From the NCBI GenBank assembly GCA_045105515.1, contig JBGCDR010000220.1:1-29864 (forward strand): a stretch of 29,864 bases of DNA. The letters are read 5' to 3'. Source of the stretch: Oligoflexales bacterium. Its GTDB lineage: Bacteria > Bdellovibrionota_B > Oligoflexia > Oligoflexales > Bog-1112. Both the position numbers and the translations under genes were made by a program. Under the pieces are notes generated by a model. The model made no database searches and was not told the origin of the DNA. It was given only the letters and a program-made list of their open reading frames with translations. Below, piece after piece: positions 26,584-29,864 of the stretch (its first letter is position 1; every line of letters starts with the position of its first letter).

Positions 26584-28941
26584 TTAGGCCACAGTCTTTT
26601 TCGACCTAGCAAAACCAGGGTCGTATTTGGCAAGCATATTTGCAAGCCGATTAAGATTTACAGGTTTAAATAACACATCAGACATACCCGATGCTAGGCA
26701 GCGCTTTGCTTCTTCCTCTAAGACCCCTGCAGTTAGAGCGATTATACAAGGGGGTTTCTTACCATCATAGCTTTGCTTAGAGATTTCTTTGGCTGCTTCA
26801 AAACCATCCATAACTGGCATATGGCAATCCATCAAAACAATATGGAAGTGTTCCTTTTTGCAAGCTTCAACAGCTTGTGCTCCATCAGTAACTGATTGCG
26901 CCTCTATTCCAAGCTTACTTAAAAGCCGTTGTGCAACCTTCAAATTTACCTGGTTGTCTTCAGCAATCAGCACTTTGAGACCAGGAAATACTGGATTATT
27001 TTTTATAGGTTTTATCTTTTGAACCGAGCCTGATATGGAGAACTCCAGAGGAATCTCAATAGCGAAAGAAGAACCCTTTCCTTGCACACTTTCTACAGAT
27101 ATGGAGCCTTGCCATGCATCCAAAATCGACTTACAGATTGACAAACCCAATCCAATTCCACCAAACCTCCTTGTCGTGGATTCATCAGCTTGAGAGAAAA
27201 TTTTGAATAGCTGGTCAACCCTATCCTTAGAAATTCCTATGCCAGTATCAGCAACCACGATCTTCAATTTGACTGTCTTTTCCTTATGCGCTTTGGACTG
27301 TACTTGAATAGTAACCATACCATTCTTAGTAAATTTGCAGGCGTTGCTGACTAGGTTAAATAATAGTTGTTTAAATCGGTGAGGATCACCAATAAATAAA
27401 TCTTTTGAAAAACCAGAATCGATCAACTGAATAGAGTTGGTATTTTGAACCCTATCTGATTCGAACAGTTTTTTAACTTCGTGAATCACAAGTAGGGGAT
27501 CAAATTCTACAGCCTTTAGAGACATCTTTCCTGCTTCAATGTTGGAGAAATCGAGAATATCATCGACAATTGAAAGCAAGAGCTCTCCTGAAGATTGAAT
27601 CACTTGTAATTTCTCCTCTGCCTTTGGGTCAGAGATCTCATCACGTAGTAACTCAACAAAGCCAAGAATGCCGTTCATGGGGGTTCTTATTTCATGACTC
27701 ATATTTGCAAGGAATCTCTCTTTTGAACGTGCCACCTCTTCTAAGATTTTTTTCTGCTCTTGAAGCGTAGCAAGCATTTGCTTCGTACTGCGCATATCAC
27801 GCATGATTGTTGAAAAATATTTAGGCTCTTTATTGTTGTTATAGTGACAAATAATTGCCTGACTAACAGGAATTTCTTCACCTTTTTTTGTCAGCAATGC
27901 TGTTTCACCGGTCCAAGTTCCCTCCTTGATCGCGCAAGGCATCCCCACATTTTGGATAAGCTTGTTAGCCCAGTCAGGATGAAAGGAACTTATATGAACC
28001 GCTTGCTCATCTCCTTCCCATAGTTCTTTAAATGCCCGATTCATATATTCTATTTCATAATCGATTGAAGCATGGGTAATAAAGTCTGAAGTCGAGTCAA
28101 GAATCTCCAAAAGCCTGGCATTTGTTTCATCGCCTTTCACCTTTTCCGTGATATCCTTATTAATCCCTATAAACCTTTTAAACTCCTTAGTGGTTGGATC
28201 TAGCTCAGGGAGTAAATATCCTTTGATGTGTCGAATCACGTTTTTTTCAGGTATTATGCGATACTCAAATTTAGTTGGCTCGTTTTTACTTAAACTCTCC
28301 TTTGAGAGAGCGTTTATTCTAGCTCTATCATCCCCATGTATCTTAGCCTGAACAGCCTCTGTGGTGGATTTTTCACCTACTGAAAATCCATAGATCTCGC
28401 GCATTCTTGCATCAAAATTTATTGTATTACTATCATCCGATGACCAAATTCCCAATTTTGATATTTCAATAGCAAGCTTGAGAATATTGCGCTCCTCTTC
28501 CATCTTCAATTCGTATATTTTAGTCTGGTTTATATCTTGAGTATGGCCTATTACTTTTTTAATACGTCCATCATTACCAAGAACGGGTTTTCCCCCTGTT
28601 TTAACCCAAATTTTTTCACCTGATTTAGTTAGTATCTCAAAGTCCTCTAAAAAGCCTTCTCCATTACTAATGCAATCATTGATTTTTTTATGCAAGCGAT
28701 CTTGCTCAAAGGAAATATAAAATTTTAATAATTCTGGGAGAGTAAGTTCTTTACATTTGGTAATTCTAAAGAGCTTGCAAAGCCCTGGACTAAGATTGAC
28801 CCTGTTTTTATCTACTTCTAGTTCCCAAGCACCTATTCGAGCTAAATCCTCAAGATTTCTTGACAGTTCAATCTCATGAGCCAAGTCCTCTGGGCTCTGG
28901 CTAAATTTATTACTTTCTTTCATCACTTCCACAACTTGCAA
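26584..28941 (-). CDS. Cytoplasmic hybrid sensor histidine kinase (3 PAS, HisKA, HATPase, REC)
   Basis: PAS/PAC repeats; FLANMSHEIRTPMNG; NLVSNACKFT; DTGIG; GGIGLGLSI; REC motifs AEDN, LMDCHMPVMDG, KP; no transmembrane segment. Confidence 0.95.
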   Translation of the reverse strand: MQVVEVMKESNKFSQSPEDLAHEIELSRNLEDLARIGAWELEVDKNRVNLSPGLCKLFRITKCKELTLPELLKFYISFEQDRLHKKINDCISNGEGFLEDFEILTKSGEKIWVKTGGKPVLGNDGRIKKVIGHTQDINQTKIYELKMEEERNILKLAIEISKLGIWSSDDSNTINFDARMREIYGFSVGEKSTTEAVQAKIHGDDRARINALSKESLSKNEPTKFEYRIIPEKNVIRHIKGYLLPELDPTTKEFKRFIGINKDITEKVKGDETNARLLEILDSTSDFITHASIDYEIEYMNRAFKELWEGDEQAVHISSFHPDWANKLIQNVGMPCAIKEGTWTGETALLTKKGEEIPVSQAIICHYNNNKEPKYFSTIMRDMRSTKQMLATLQEQKKILEEVARSKERFLANMSHEIRTPMNGILGFVELLRDEISDPKAEEKLQVIQSSGELLLSIVDDILDFSNIEAGKMSLKAVEFDPLLVIHEVKKLFESDRVQNTNSIQLIDSGFSKDLFIGDPHRFKQLLFNLVSNACKFTKNGMVTIQVQSKAHKEKTVKLKIVVADTGIGISKDRVDQLFKIFSQADESTTRRFGGIGLGLSICKSILDAWQGSISVESVQGKGSSFAIEIPLEFSISGSVQKIKPIKNNPVFPGLKVLIAEDNQVNLKVAQRLLSKLGIEAQSVTDGAQAVEACKKEHFHIVLMDCHMPVMDGFEAAKEISKQSYDGKKPPCIIALTAGVLEEEAKRCLASGMSDVLFKPVNLNRLANMLAKYDPGFARSKKTVA

Positions 28942-29060
28942 TTTCTCACAAGCTGGGCATCGACAAAGTGATCAAAAACCTTAAGGCATTACCTAGAAAT
29001 GCAGGGAAGCAACCTTCCTTAACCGGCAGGAATACTAACATATTGATATAAATGGTATAA

Positions 29061-29474
29061 TCAGCTTTTTTTGCCATTTTCAACGAATATCGTAATTTCT
29101 TTAGACATGATTGTAGGTTTATGGGGGGTATGTAGATAGTCAGCTAAAATCAGACGTAGCTTATGGGTACCGTGACCGAGTTTTATCGTAGTTTGAGTCT
29201 GACCTCCGCCAAAATGGATCAAATTTTCGCCTGCTGGTAAGGGTTTGCTTAAATCAGGTAGGCCCTTGTAATCTACAAGAAGATGGTGATGACCCGTATT
29301 TTCTGCATTAATACCCGCGGGGGCAATACCCATACCTTTTAAGCCAAAAACAACCTCAACATTACCACTTTTTAATTTTTCTCCATCTTTTGGACTAATA
29401 AAGTAAACTTCCGCCTTACCGAAGGCCTGTCCTATTGACAGCAATAAAGTAAAACCCAAGATTAATTTCATCAT
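29061..29474 (-). CDS. Secreted DUF4399-family protein
   Basis: Signal peptide; VYFISPKDG, TGHHHLLVD, IHFGGGQTQT, GTHKLRLILAD; AAGGAG RBS. Confidence 0.88.
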   Translation of the reverse strand: MMKLILGFTLLLSIGQAFGKAEVYFISPKDGEKLKSGNVEVVFGLKGMGIAPAGINAENTGHHHLLVDYKGLPDLSKPLPAGENLIHFGGGQTQTTIKLGHGTHKLRLILADYLHTPHKPTIMSKEITIFVENGKKS

Positions 29475-29864
29475 TCGAAAACTCCTTTTTACATGCCACT
29501 TGTTAAATCCTCAGATGGATCCAGTATATAAGCAAATCACAAAAATTCTATCCCAAATCCAAGAATTTAGCTTTCTCGGCCAAGCCTTTCGCGAGATGGC
29601 ATGACAACACAGGATACAAGACCTAAAATTTCTTATCTGAGTCTGAGATTTTTTTCAGGGCAAATTTAAAGGCTGTATTGTGGCCTTTTTTCCAGATAAG
29701 AATAAAGGCTTTACGGTATGGATAGATTCTTGAATTCAATAAGAAAATGCAAAAATAATCTTGCCGTCCAGAATTCAAAACAAATTTGTGCTTGAAAAAA
29801 ATATTTTCATCAAAATTCCCCTTCCTAAGATGTGTTTAAGAGCTAATAAGAGAAAAATCTTAAG

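Noticed and set aside
29568..29605. GC-rich patch upstream of the DUF4399 gene as a possible riboswitch
   Set aside because: Only a short stem (tctcg/cgaga) and no recognisable aptamer motif
1..29864. CRISPR array, tRNA/rRNA, IS element, prophage or known defence system
   Set aside because: No spaced direct repeats, cloverleafs, transposase/integrase or phage genes were seen. The vWA gene lacks the MoxR AAA+, kinase or phosphatase partners typical of vWA conflict systems.

Overview
Chromosomal window from an AT-rich bacterium, most likely Bdellovibrionota/Oligoflexia. This is an inference from the Myxococcus/Bdellovibrio-type mglA without mglB, the delta-type S1 paralogue, many orphan secreted or lipoproteins, and recurrent sigma28-like CCGAT boxes. 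Recognisable genes: an S1-domain (rpsA-like) gene, SRP RNA (ffs) followed by dnaX, a CHASE3 chemoreceptor, a prpE-mglA-orf operon, three c-type cytochromes, CBS, MOSC/YiiM, a glutaredoxin fusion, a YjiH-type transporter, a PAS hybrid histidine kinase and a DUF4399 protein. No CRISPR array, tRNA, rRNA, transposase or integrase was seen. Highlights: (1) an MglA that keeps nucleotide/Mg-binding residues but has lost the hydrolysis residues (G21D, R53G, G81A, Q82K), followed by an orphan Nudix-like gene instead of mglB; (2) an A10 run in dnaX positioned so that slippage in either direction gives a gamma-sized (~427-429 aa) product; (3) a cluster of signal-peptide genes after dnaX (frameshifted vWA protein with an A14 tract, ankyrin protein with NLS-like motifs, TGA-interrupted gene), preceded by an unassigned ~90-nt hairpin; (4) a signal-peptide HNH toxin-type nuclease with no adjacent immunity gene; (5) two paralogous orphan lipoproteins 21 kb apart. 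All family assignments come from motif recognition by eye, not from database searches.
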